From a virus (Duplodnaviria; Caudoviricetes): DNA of 50,596 nucleotides. How positions within the stretch are numbered: the stretch's first letter is position 1; each line of letters starts with the position of its first letter. The stretch is taken from IMG/VR virus record IMGVR_UViG_3300048849_000152, positions 1 through 50,596 of that record; one strand, given 5' to 3'. Under the pieces are notes generated by a model, which was given only the letters and a program-made list of their open reading frames with translations, had not been told where the DNA came from and did no database searches. A program made the position numbers and the translations under genes. Below, piece after piece: positions 26,059 to 34,115 of this stretch.

Positions 26059-27456
26059 TTGCTTACTCAGACCAGCATCCCCGGCACCGACGACTGGTGG
26101 CTGACGCAGCTCGCCGTCGAGTGGGGGAAGGATCTCCCGCGACTCGGCGAGCTGAAGCGCCGCCGCGATGGTGTCGCCGAGGCCCCGAACTGGGGCGACG
26201 CGGCGATGACGAACGCGTACTCGAAGTTCGTGACCCAGCGGCGCCTGAACGTCGCGAGTCTGGTCGTCGAGGCCCGCGTGAACCGCGAGAAGCCCCTCGG
26301 CTTCAAGACCGCGGCGCCCGGAGATGACGACGGCGACTCCGCCGCGATGGCGACGTGGAACCGGTCGAACATGAAGGTCGGCGTCCGCGACTTCCTCGCC
26401 GACGCCGCCACCTACGGGTCGGCGTTCCTCACGGTCACCGGATCCGCCGTGCCCGGCTCAGACGGCACCTTCGCGGGGCCAGCCATGGTCCCCTCGTCCG
26501 GGTGGAGCACGATCACCCGCCAGTACGCCTCGCGGCCCTGGCTTGCCGAGGCGGCGCTCACGGTCGGCTACGACCCAATCAACCGGGTCGACATCCTGAC
26601 TCTGTTCCGGGCCGGCTACTGGCGGCAGGCATTCCGCGCGACCCGCGGCACGTCGTCGCTGCCCACGGACGGCACCTCATGGGCGCCTGGCCGCGGCTGG
26701 GACTGGGTGTCCGACCCGGTGCCGCTCGGTTTCACCGATGAGGTGAACGTGGTCCGCATGGACCTCGACGGCCGCAAGGGTGTCTTCGAGCGCCACCTCG
26801 ACACGCTCCGCCGCATCGACCAGGGCATCCTCGACCGCATCACGATCATCGCGATGCAGGCGTTCCGGCAGCGGGCGCTCAAGGGCGCTCTGCCGAAGGT
26901 CTACCCGCCCGAGCACCCTCAGGCCGGTCAGGCGATCGACTACAACAAGATCTTCGAGGCCGGACCCGCCGCGCTGTGGCTGCTCGGAGACGCCGAGATC
27001 TGGGAGTCGGCCGTCACCGATGTCACCCCGATCCTCGAGGCGACGAAGAGCGACTTCCGCAACCTCGCCGCCGTCACGTCGACCCCGATGTACATCCTCT
27101 CGCCCGAGATGGCGAACGGTTCGGCCGAGGGCGCTTCGCTCGCCCGTGAGGCGCTGGTGTTCAGCGTCGAGGCCGACATGGACCGCGCATCGGCCACGTT
27201 CGCGCTCGCGCACTCGCTCGCCTTCCAGGCCATGCGCGACACCGCCCGCGCGGACGCGTCGCAGATCGAGACGATCTGGGCACCCGCCGACCGCTCGTCC
27301 ATCACCGAGCGCGCTTCGGCGTCGTCGCAGGCCAAGGCCGGCGGCCTGTCGCAGCGCATGATCAACGAGAAGATCTTTCAGCTCTCGCCGGCGGAGATCG
27401 CGCTCGAGCGGCAGTACAAGCAGGATGAGGCGTTCGACACGCCTGTGGCGAGCTGA
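26059..27456 (+). CDS. Portal protein
   Basis: Position and size after terL; QAFRQR, NGSAEGA motifs; TTG after GGGGAG. Confidence 0.88.
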   Translation: MLTQTSIPGTDDWWLTQLAVEWGKDLPRLGELKRRRDGVAEAPNWGDAAMTNAYSKFVTQRRLNVASLVVEARVNREKPLGFKTAAPGDDDGDSAAMATWNRSNMKVGVRDFLADAATYGSAFLTVTGSAVPGSDGTFAGPAMVPSSGWSTITRQYASRPWLAEAALTVGYDPINRVDILTLFRAGYWRQAFRATRGTSSLPTDGTSWAPGRGWDWVSDPVPLGFTDEVNVVRMDLDGRKGVFERHLDTLRRIDQGILDRITIIAMQAFRQRALKGALPKVYPPEHPQAGQAIDYNKIFEAGPAALWLLGDAEIWESAVTDVTPILEATKSDFRNLAAVTSTPMYILSPEMANGSAEGASLAREALVFSVEADMDRASATFALAHSLAFQAMRDTARADASQIETIWAPADRSSITERASASSQAKAGGLSQRMINEKIFQLSPAEIALERQYKQDEAFDTPVAS

Positions 27457-27458
27457 TC

Positions 27459-28496
27459 GTGGCCGCGGACGTCGAGCGCATCGCGCGGCTGACAGAGCGG
27501 CAGGCGGCACAGAGGCGCAGCATCATCGAACAGCTCCTGCGGCTGCTGCTGGGGCTGTGGGGCGGGTTCGACGGCTGGACCGACCAACGCCTCGTCACGG
27601 GGCAAGCTGCAGCGTCAGCGACCCTCGTGGACACCGCGCTCGTGCGCACCCGCCGGCTGACACGCTCGTATCTGACCTCGGTGCTCGCCGAGATGGGCCT
27701 CGGGGATCTTCGACTGCCGTCGCAAGTCGACCTGTACCCGCGGTCGGGTGTCAGCGAGCTCGCGGTCTATGCCCGCCCAGTGAAGCAGTTCCTGTACGAG
27801 CAGTCGACCGGCGCCTCGCTCGAAGAAGCGACGGCCGTCGCCATGGAGCGGCTGAAAGCGATCGCCACACAGGACGTGAAGACGGCCGACCGGGACGAGT
27901 CGCACGCGATTTACGAGGCCATCGCACGCGTCATCGGCTATCGCCGCGTGATCCACCCGGAGCTGTCGAAGTCGGGCACGTGCGGTCTCTGCCTCGTCGC
28001 CTCGCAGCGGCGCTACTCCACCGACGAGCTCGAGCCGCTCCACGGGCCGTCGTGCAACTGCACCACGCTCCCGATCGTGAAGGGTGACGACCCCGGCTTC
28101 CGTGTCAACGACGCTGACCTGAAGGCCATCTACGCCGAGGCCGGCAGCACCGCCGCGGAGGACTTGCTCAACACCCGGATCACGATCAATGAGCACGGCG
28201 AGCTGGGCCCGATCCTCACGAAGAAGGGCGACCACTTCCGGGGACCGCGCGAGGCCGGCGGCACCGCGTACGAGCGGCCGACCCCGGCGAGCGTGCGCGA
28301 GCTGCGGACGAAGGAACTGGAAGTCCTGCGCGACCAGCTCGCGGCCGCGGACGACGCCTACCGGGAGTTCGTGCAGAACGACCCCGATGGCGTCCCGCTG
28401 GGCGGCGACGCGGGCGTGGGCATGTTCCGAGCGGCGAAGCAGATGCGTGACCGCATCACTGCCGTCGAGATCTTCTTGAAGACGCTCCCCGCATAG
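27459..28496 (+). CDS. Capsid maturation / MuF-like minor head protein
   Basis: GYRRVIHPE...TCGLC..AS...LH..CNC; follows portal. Confidence 0.78.
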   Translation: MAADVERIARLTERQAAQRRSIIEQLLRLLLGLWGGFDGWTDQRLVTGQAAASATLVDTALVRTRRLTRSYLTSVLAEMGLGDLRLPSQVDLYPRSGVSELAVYARPVKQFLYEQSTGASLEEATAVAMERLKAIATQDVKTADRDESHAIYEAIARVIGYRRVIHPELSKSGTCGLCLVASQRRYSTDELEPLHGPSCNCTTLPIVKGDDPGFRVNDADLKAIYAEAGSTAAEDLLNTRITINEHGELGPILTKKGDHFRGPREAGGTAYERPTPASVRELRTKELEVLRDQLAAADDAYREFVQNDPDGVPLGGDAGVGMFRAAKQMRDRITAVEIFLKTLPA

Positions 28497-28563
28497 AGAC
28501 CACCGGTCAACTGGCCGGCCCGCCAGACATGGGCACCATCCACCGACACGGAGGAAACACCAC

Positions 28564-29229
28564 ATGTTCCGCATGAACGCCTTCGGGCAGCGCATCCCCT
28601 GCAATCCGCGACTCGTGTTCCACTCGGACCCGAGCGCGCCGCCATCGGGAGGCAACCCCGCAGACCAGCCCGTCGACCAGCCAGTCGATCACGGCTACCC
28701 GCAGAACACCCCGCTCGAGCAGATGACCGCCGAGCAGCGGGAGGCGTACTGGAAGCACCAGGCGCGGAAGCACGAGAGCACCGTCAAGGCCCGCCAGGAC
28801 TACGACCAGCTCAAGGCCGACTCGGAGGAGCTCGCGCGCGTCCGCGCGGCGAACGCCACCGACGAGGAGAAGGCACGCGAAGAGGCTCGCCGAGAGGGCG
28901 AGAACATCGGTGCCGCACGGTACCTGAAGCAAGCCGTCATGGGGAGCTTCCAGGGGCTGACCGGGAAGACGAAGGACGAGATCGACACGATCTTCGCGCA
29001 CGTGGACCCGAGCACCTTCACGGACGACAAAGGTGACATCGACACCGACGCGCTCGAGAAGTACGCCGCCACCTTCGGTGCGAAGGACGGCGCCAATATC
29101 CCACCCACGGACCCCGTCAGGGCGGCCCTGGAGCGGACGCAGAACCCGGGCGCAGCGGGCGGGGGCGGAGGCGGGTCAATCGCCGAGCTCAAGCAGCAGC
29201 GCAAGGAAAAACTCCAGAAGTCCAAGTAG
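28564..29229 (+). CDS. Scaffolding protein
   Basis: YWKHQARKHE coiled coil; position. Confidence 0.82.
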   Translation: MFRMNAFGQRIPCNPRLVFHSDPSAPPSGGNPADQPVDQPVDHGYPQNTPLEQMTAEQREAYWKHQARKHESTVKARQDYDQLKADSEELARVRAANATDEEKAREEARREGENIGAARYLKQAVMGSFQGLTGKTKDEIDTIFAHVDPSTFTDDKGDIDTDALEKYAATFGAKDGANIPPTDPVRAALERTQNPGAAGGGGGGSIAELKQQRKEKLQKSK

Positions 29230-29254
29230 TCCCACAACCTGAGAGGAATCCATC

Positions 29255-29683
29255 ATGGATCTCACCCCTGTGGCGACCTCGACCGGCGGCACTGACAAGC
29301 GGTGGCGGACATCCGACCACGGCATCAGCAACGATCAGCCCCGCACGCTCGACGTCTCCAAGTTCACCAGCGGCGTCCACTACGACGCCACGACCAAGGT
29401 GCTGTTCGGCGGCATCGGTCTCGCGAAGGTCACCGCGACGAGCCTCTACGGCCCGTATGACACGACCGCCGCAGACGGCCGCCAGCTCGCGCTCGACAGC
29501 TTCCTCGAGAACGAGGAGCCGCTGCTCCTCGCGAACGGGTCGCTGTCCACGAGGGTCGCTGTCGCGGTCACGCGTCACGCGATCATCAACCAGCCCAACC
29601 TCCCGGTCGCTGCTCAGCGCGCCGGCGGGGCATCCGACGTCGCGACGGCCACCACCGGTGGCCAGTTCGTGTTCGAGAACTAG
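29255..29683 (+). CDS. Head decoration protein
   Basis: YGPYDTTAADGRQ motif; precedes capsid gene. Confidence 0.8.
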   Translation: MDLTPVATSTGGTDKRWRTSDHGISNDQPRTLDVSKFTSGVHYDATTKVLFGGIGLAKVTATSLYGPYDTTAADGRQLALDSFLENEEPLLLANGSLSTRVAVAVTRHAIINQPNLPVAAQRAGGASDVATATTGGQFVFEN

Positions 29684-29694
29684 GAGGGCCACCC

Positions 29695-30729
29695 ATGGTC
29701 TACAGCCCCGCATTCCGCACCGCCACCCAGCTCACCGCAGCTGCGCGCGCGGCTGCAGAGGTCGTCGGCGAGAGCTACAAGCTCTCCCGGTGGTTCCCCG
29801 CCCGCGAGAACTTCGGTCTCTCGTACGACTTCAACCTCAACGCCCTGGCGCTGAACGAGGTCGCGTCGTTCCGCGCGTTCGACACCGAGGCGCCCTTCGG
29901 GTCGACCCCCGGCTCGCAGAGCAAGTCCGGCAAGCTCCCCCCGATCAGCCGCAAGCTGCGCGTGACGGAGTTCGACCAGCTCAGCCTCTACGGGCAGACC
30001 GACGCGATCGGTGAGAAGTTCGAGGACTACGCCGAGCGCCTCGGCGGCCAGATCGCCGCCCGTGTTGCTCTCGCGCAGGGCCAGGCGGTCGAGACTGGCA
30101 CGATCGTGCTGAACGAGAACAAGTTGCTCTTCACGATCGACTTCGGTCGCGCCGGTGGCCACACCGTCACCGCGGTCGCTCTCTGGTCGCTGGTCGGCAC
30201 CGACGCTCTCGCGGACCTGCTCACCTGGCGGGCGGTGTACATCGCGACGAACGGCTTCCCGCCGGCCGTCAGCATGATGTCGACCGCCATCCTGTCGGCG
30301 CTGCAGCGGAACACCTCGATCATCAAGGCGTACTGGGGCCGCGGCACCGACGTCTCGTCGATCATCAGCATCGACCAGGTGCAGTCGGTGTTCACCTCCT
30401 TCGGCCTCGGCCGCATCGAGATCAACGACGACCAGGTGAAAGTCGGCTCGACGACCACCCGCCTGATCTCGTCTGACAAGCTCATCTTCCTCCCCGAAGA
30501 GGGCGGCGTGCAGCTCGGCGGCGCGGGCGGCTCACTCGGTGGCACCGACTGGGGCATCCCGGCCGAGGCCATCAACGCGGTCTACGGCATCACCGACTCT
30601 GACAAGTCGGGTGTGTTCTCTGCCGCGTTCCACGACGACGACCCCGAGGGCCACAACGTGCTCGCGTCGGCCATCGTTCTCCCCGTCCTCGAGAGCGCGA
30701 ACGCCACGTTCGCCGCCGACGTCCTCTAG
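29695..30729 (+). CDS. Major capsid protein (lambda gpE-like)
   Basis: A.FRAFDTEAP, KLPPISRK, IDFG, DDPEG motifs; position. Confidence 0.9.
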   Translation: MVYSPAFRTATQLTAAARAAAEVVGESYKLSRWFPARENFGLSYDFNLNALALNEVASFRAFDTEAPFGSTPGSQSKSGKLPPISRKLRVTEFDQLSLYGQTDAIGEKFEDYAERLGGQIAARVALAQGQAVETGTIVLNENKLLFTIDFGRAGGHTVTAVALWSLVGTDALADLLTWRAVYIATNGFPPAVSMMSTAILSALQRNTSIIKAYWGRGTDVSSIISIDQVQSVFTSFGLGRIEINDDQVKVGSTTTRLISSDKLIFLPEEGGVQLGGAGGSLGGTDWGIPAEAINAVYGITDSDKSGVFSAAFHDDDPEGHNVLASAIVLPVLESANATFAADVL

Positions 30730-30738
30730 GAGGTTCTG

Positions 30739-31128
30739 ATGGCTCAGAAGAAGGTTCTCGCCACCGACGTCTACGTGACGAACGAGGCGGGCCAGGGAAC
30801 GCTGCTCGCGGCTGGTACCGAGGTTCCCAAGTGGGCTTCGAAGCTGGTCACCAACCCGAAGGCGTTCGTCGACGTCGAGGGCGAAGCCACGGATGACGGC
30901 TCGGGCGATGGCTCCGGCCAGACCCCGCCGGCCACCACTCCGCCGGTCAACACCCACGTCGCCAAGCGCGCGGGCGTCGACGACGTCCCGCCGTACGACA
31001 CGTGGGCGTACCACGACCTCCAGCAGGAGGCCATCGGCCGCCAGCTCGATGGTGGCGGCGCCGGGAAGGGCGAAGAGATCGTCGCCCGCCTGGCTGCCGA
31101 CGACGCCGCGCAGGCACCGCAGCAGTAA
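30739..31128 (+). CDS. Hypothetical head-associated protein
   Basis: GTEVPKWA..VTNPKA; AGGAGG RBS. Confidence 0.7.
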   Translation: MAQKKVLATDVYVTNEAGQGTLLAAGTEVPKWASKLVTNPKAFVDVEGEATDDGSGDGSGQTPPATTPPVNTHVAKRAGVDDVPPYDTWAYHDLQQEAIGRQLDGGGAGKGEEIVARLAADDAAQAPQQ

Positions 31129-31142
31129 CGAGAGGGGCCACC

Positions 31143-31556
31143 GTGTCGCTGCCAGCAGTTCACCTCGACGAGCTCGAGAACAGGTATTACGGGGACGACT
31201 TCCACATGAAGTTCACCCCGACCTACCTGACCACGAAGCTGGCCGACGCGGTGGCCCTCATCGAGCAGGAGTACCCGACTGTGGAGTCACGCCTGCAGTC
31301 GGGCGCCCTGCTCACCCAGAACTACCACCGCGTCGTCGCCGACATGGTCCTGCGGGTCATCAACAACCCGCGCGGCTACGCGAGCGAGTCTGACGGCGGC
31401 TACTCCTACGGACTTCGCGCCGTGGTCTCCTCAGGGGATCTGTGGCTGACCCAGAAGGACATCGACCTGCTGTTCGGCCGAGTCCAGAACGCCGACTTAG
31501 GCACAGTCACGATTGGCGTGCACGACCCTGGGAGGCGCCGTGGGCCTGCTCGATGA
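31143..31556 (+). CDS. Head-to-tail adaptor
   Basis: VVADMVLRVINNPRGYASESDGGYSY. Confidence 0.85.
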   Translation: MSLPAVHLDELENRYYGDDFHMKFTPTYLTTKLADAVALIEQEYPTVESRLQSGALLTQNYHRVVADMVLRVINNPRGYASESDGGYSYGLRAVVSSGDLWLTQKDIDLLFGRVQNADLGTVTIGVHDPGRRRGPAR

Positions 31557-31884
31557 CCCCCGGCACCTGGTCGAGGTGCAGCTGCGCGACGCCACCCCCG
31601 GCAGCCTCGGCCAGTCGAAACTCGTCGAGTACGGCGACCGGATCCCGACGCGCTGCAACTTCCAGCCCCTGGACTCCGCCGAGATATTGAACCGCGGGCT
31701 CCAGCTCGAGGTCACCGGCCGGATCTCGTGCCGCTCCTGGCCGGGCGATTCCCGCTCACTCGTCTACTACGACGGGTGGGAGTGGGAGCCGGTGGGAGAG
31801 CCTGAGCACTTCCGGATGTCCGAGCGCACCGATCACTTCGTGGTCATCGTGAAGCGGGGAGCACGAGATGGGACAGATCTATAA
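31540..31884 (+). CDS. Head-to-tail stopper
   Basis: Position; YDG..WE.VGEP motif. Confidence 0.7.
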   Translation: MGLLDDPRHLVEVQLRDATPGSLGQSKLVEYGDRIPTRCNFQPLDSAEILNRGLQLEVTGRISCRSWPGDSRSLVYYDGWEWEPVGEPEHFRMSERTDHFVVIVKRGARDGTDL

Positions 31885-32221
31885 GCCAGCCGGCATCATC
31901 GCCGCGCGCATCGTCGGCCGGTCGGCCGCGATGGATCTCGCAGCGATGGTCGTGCTCGGCCGCGTCAAGATGGTCGCCGCTCAGCACAAGCTCACGGGCA
32001 GTTACATGCGGCACCTGAAGATCCAGAACGTGCGCGGCAAGAACGGCGTCCGCGACCGGCTGGTGTCGGCGACAGACCCTGCCTCGCTCAGCATCGAGTA
32101 CGGCCACTATCCCGTCCGCATCCGGCGCGCACGCCACGATGGCACCCGCCGTGTGTCGACGGGCACGATCCGGTGGGTGCCGGGCCAGTACATCATGACG
32201 AAGGCGCGAGGGATGCTCTGA
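31868..32221 (+). CDS. Neck / tail-completion protein
   Basis: SIEYGH...VPGQYIMTKA; position. Confidence 0.72.
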   Translation: MGQIYKPAGIIAARIVGRSAAMDLAAMVVLGRVKMVAAQHKLTGSYMRHLKIQNVRGKNGVRDRLVSATDPASLSIEYGHYPVRIRRARHDGTRRVSTGTIRWVPGQYIMTKARGML

Positions 32222-32646
32222 TGATCGACGCAGAACTCCTCATCAAGACCCTGCTCGATCGCGACACTCCCGAGGGTGTCCTGATCCTCCCCGCCATCGA
32301 CGGCATCGAGTATCCCGGCGTCTTCCCGCTCATGACCTTCGCCGTCAGCGTTGGCCAGGCGATCGACAACCACGCGCCGCCCGCGGGCTGGGAAGCGACC
32401 CTCGACCTCAACATAATCGACGACGACCTGGACGACGCCAAAGCGCTCGCGTTCGCCGTCTACGACGCCGTCTGGGCGTGGGCTGACCCGTTCAGCCCGT
32501 CCGTCGGCATCGTCGCCAATGTCGGATCCGTCAACGACGTCGGCGACAACTCGATCTTCACCCGCGTCTCGACCGTCGAGGTCGAGTCCAAGTGGGTGAC
32601 GCAATACGCAGGGAGCTTCGGCCTCACTCTGCGACCACCTCACTGA
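32221..32646 (+). CDS. Tail terminator
   Basis: Position before major tail gene; TGATG coupling. Confidence 0.7.
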   Translation: MIDAELLIKTLLDRDTPEGVLILPAIDGIEYPGVFPLMTFAVSVGQAIDNHAPPAGWEATLDLNIIDDDLDDAKALAFAVYDAVWAWADPFSPSVGIVANVGSVNDVGDNSIFTRVSTVEVESKWVTQYAGSFGLTLRPPH

Positions 32647-32700
32647 TCACCGTCTCCAGCACCTCCCGGTGGGTCCGCCAACCTCATTGGAGACAACGCC

Positions 32701-33258
32701 ATGGCTCTGAACCCAGACGCCGTCATTCTGCCCGGTCGCGGACTCCCGTTCATCGCGGCAGTCGATACCGCGGCACCCAACTACGAGACGATGACCCCGG
32801 CGGCGCCGGGCACCGGGTGGGAAGCCCTCGGCCACACCTCTCGCGACAACAACGTCCAGCTCTCCCGTGAGGGCGGCGACGCCACCGTGCAGGGCACCTG
32901 GTGGACGCCAGCGTTCCGCACCACCTACGCCGACACGTCCTGGTCGGTGACCGTGAACTCGGTGCAGGTCGACGAGACCACCCTCGACCTCGCGTTCAAC
33001 GGCGCGATCGACACCGACTCGAACGGCTACATCGTTCCGTCGACCATCGTCGCGGTCGAGCGGGCGCTGTTCATCCTCGTCGTCGACGGCACCTCGCGGA
33101 TGGGGCTCTACCTCCCGCACGTGTCTCTGTCGATCGGTGATTCGCCCGCGTTCGACCCCACCAAGTTCTTCGAGATCCCGCTGGCCGCTTCGGTCCTGGA
33201 CTCGGAGGAGCTCGGCGGCATCATGCAGTGGTTCCACCCTGCACTCGAAGCCGCGTAG
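32701..33258 (+). CDS. Major tail protein
   Basis: GWEALGHTS, REGGD..V.GTW motifs. Confidence 0.9.
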   Translation: MALNPDAVILPGRGLPFIAAVDTAAPNYETMTPAAPGTGWEALGHTSRDNNVQLSREGGDATVQGTWWTPAFRTTYADTSWSVTVNSVQVDETTLDLAFNGAIDTDSNGYIVPSTIVAVERALFILVVDGTSRMGLYLPHVSLSIGDSPAFDPTKFFEIPLAASVLDSEELGGIMQWFHPALEAA

Positions 33259-33347
33259 AGCACCCACGCTTCCGGCCAGGTGCTGGAATGCGGACCCGCC
33301 TGGCCGGAAGCCGAAAAAGGGTCCGCGATTAACCGAAAGGGTCCGCA

Positions 33348-33731
33348 ATGACCACTACGCCACGCAAGCCGCAGGATCGCCGCCCGAAGAGCGCCGTGCT
33401 CGCCGCAGAGGCGGCCGCGGGACCCGCCGGCGCGGAGTTCCTGAAATCGGAGCTCGCCGCCTGGGACCAGGCCGACGCGACCGCGGAGTTCCTCGAACTG
33501 TTCGAGGGCCTCGGCATCGACCTCGAGGACGCCGACGCGGAGATCGAGATCAAGATGTCCCCCGACAACGTCCGCTTCATGGGGCAGGCCGCCAAGCTGC
33601 TCCTGAAGTACGCCGACGACGCAGACGGCCTCACCGCCGCGCTCTCCGGGCCCGGCGCGCTGAACCGGGGACTCGAACTCGCGATGTGGTTCTTCGGGCA
33701 ACTGGGGGAAGGCGACAGCTCTGCGAGCTAG
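33348..33731 (+). CDS. Tail assembly chaperone (G)
   Basis: Lies between major tail and tape measure; ends ..QLGE at slippery site. Confidence 0.85.
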   Translation: MTTTPRKPQDRRPKSAVLAAEAAAGPAGAEFLKSELAAWDQADATAEFLELFEGLGIDLEDADAEIEIKMSPDNVRFMGQAAKLLLKYADDADGLTAALSGPGALNRGLELAMWFFGQLGEGDSSAS

Positions 33732-34102
33732 TCGATGAGTACGGGGACGAGCTGCGCGGGGACTTCCAGGAGTTCTACCAGCTCGACCTCGTCGACGCCT
33801 GGCGCGGCACTCTGACTGCCCGCCGGGTCATCGATCTCGCAGAGCGTCTCATCGACATCCCACGCTCCCGGTTCCGGGCCGCCGTCATGCACGACGAACG
33901 AATCCTGGGCTGGGGAACGGAGGCCGAGATCCTCGCCGACCTGTACGACGCGTTGGTCGATAACTCGGTCATCACGTGGAAGTCGGCCGGTGGCAAGGCG
34001 AGCGCCGGTCAGCGGTATCCGCGACCGAAGCCGCAGCTCGTCGAGCAGGCGAAGACGATCGCCGACTTCCCGATTCGGGAGATGGTCCAGATGACTTCCT
34101 GA
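33348..34102 (+). CDS. Tail assembly chaperone GT via -1 programmed frameshift at G GGG GAA (33704-33710)
   Basis: Slippery heptamer in frame; -1 frame continues LVDEYGDELRGDFQEFYQLDL...RYPRP. Confidence 0.85.
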
Positions 34103-34115
34103 AGGGGGCGCCGGC

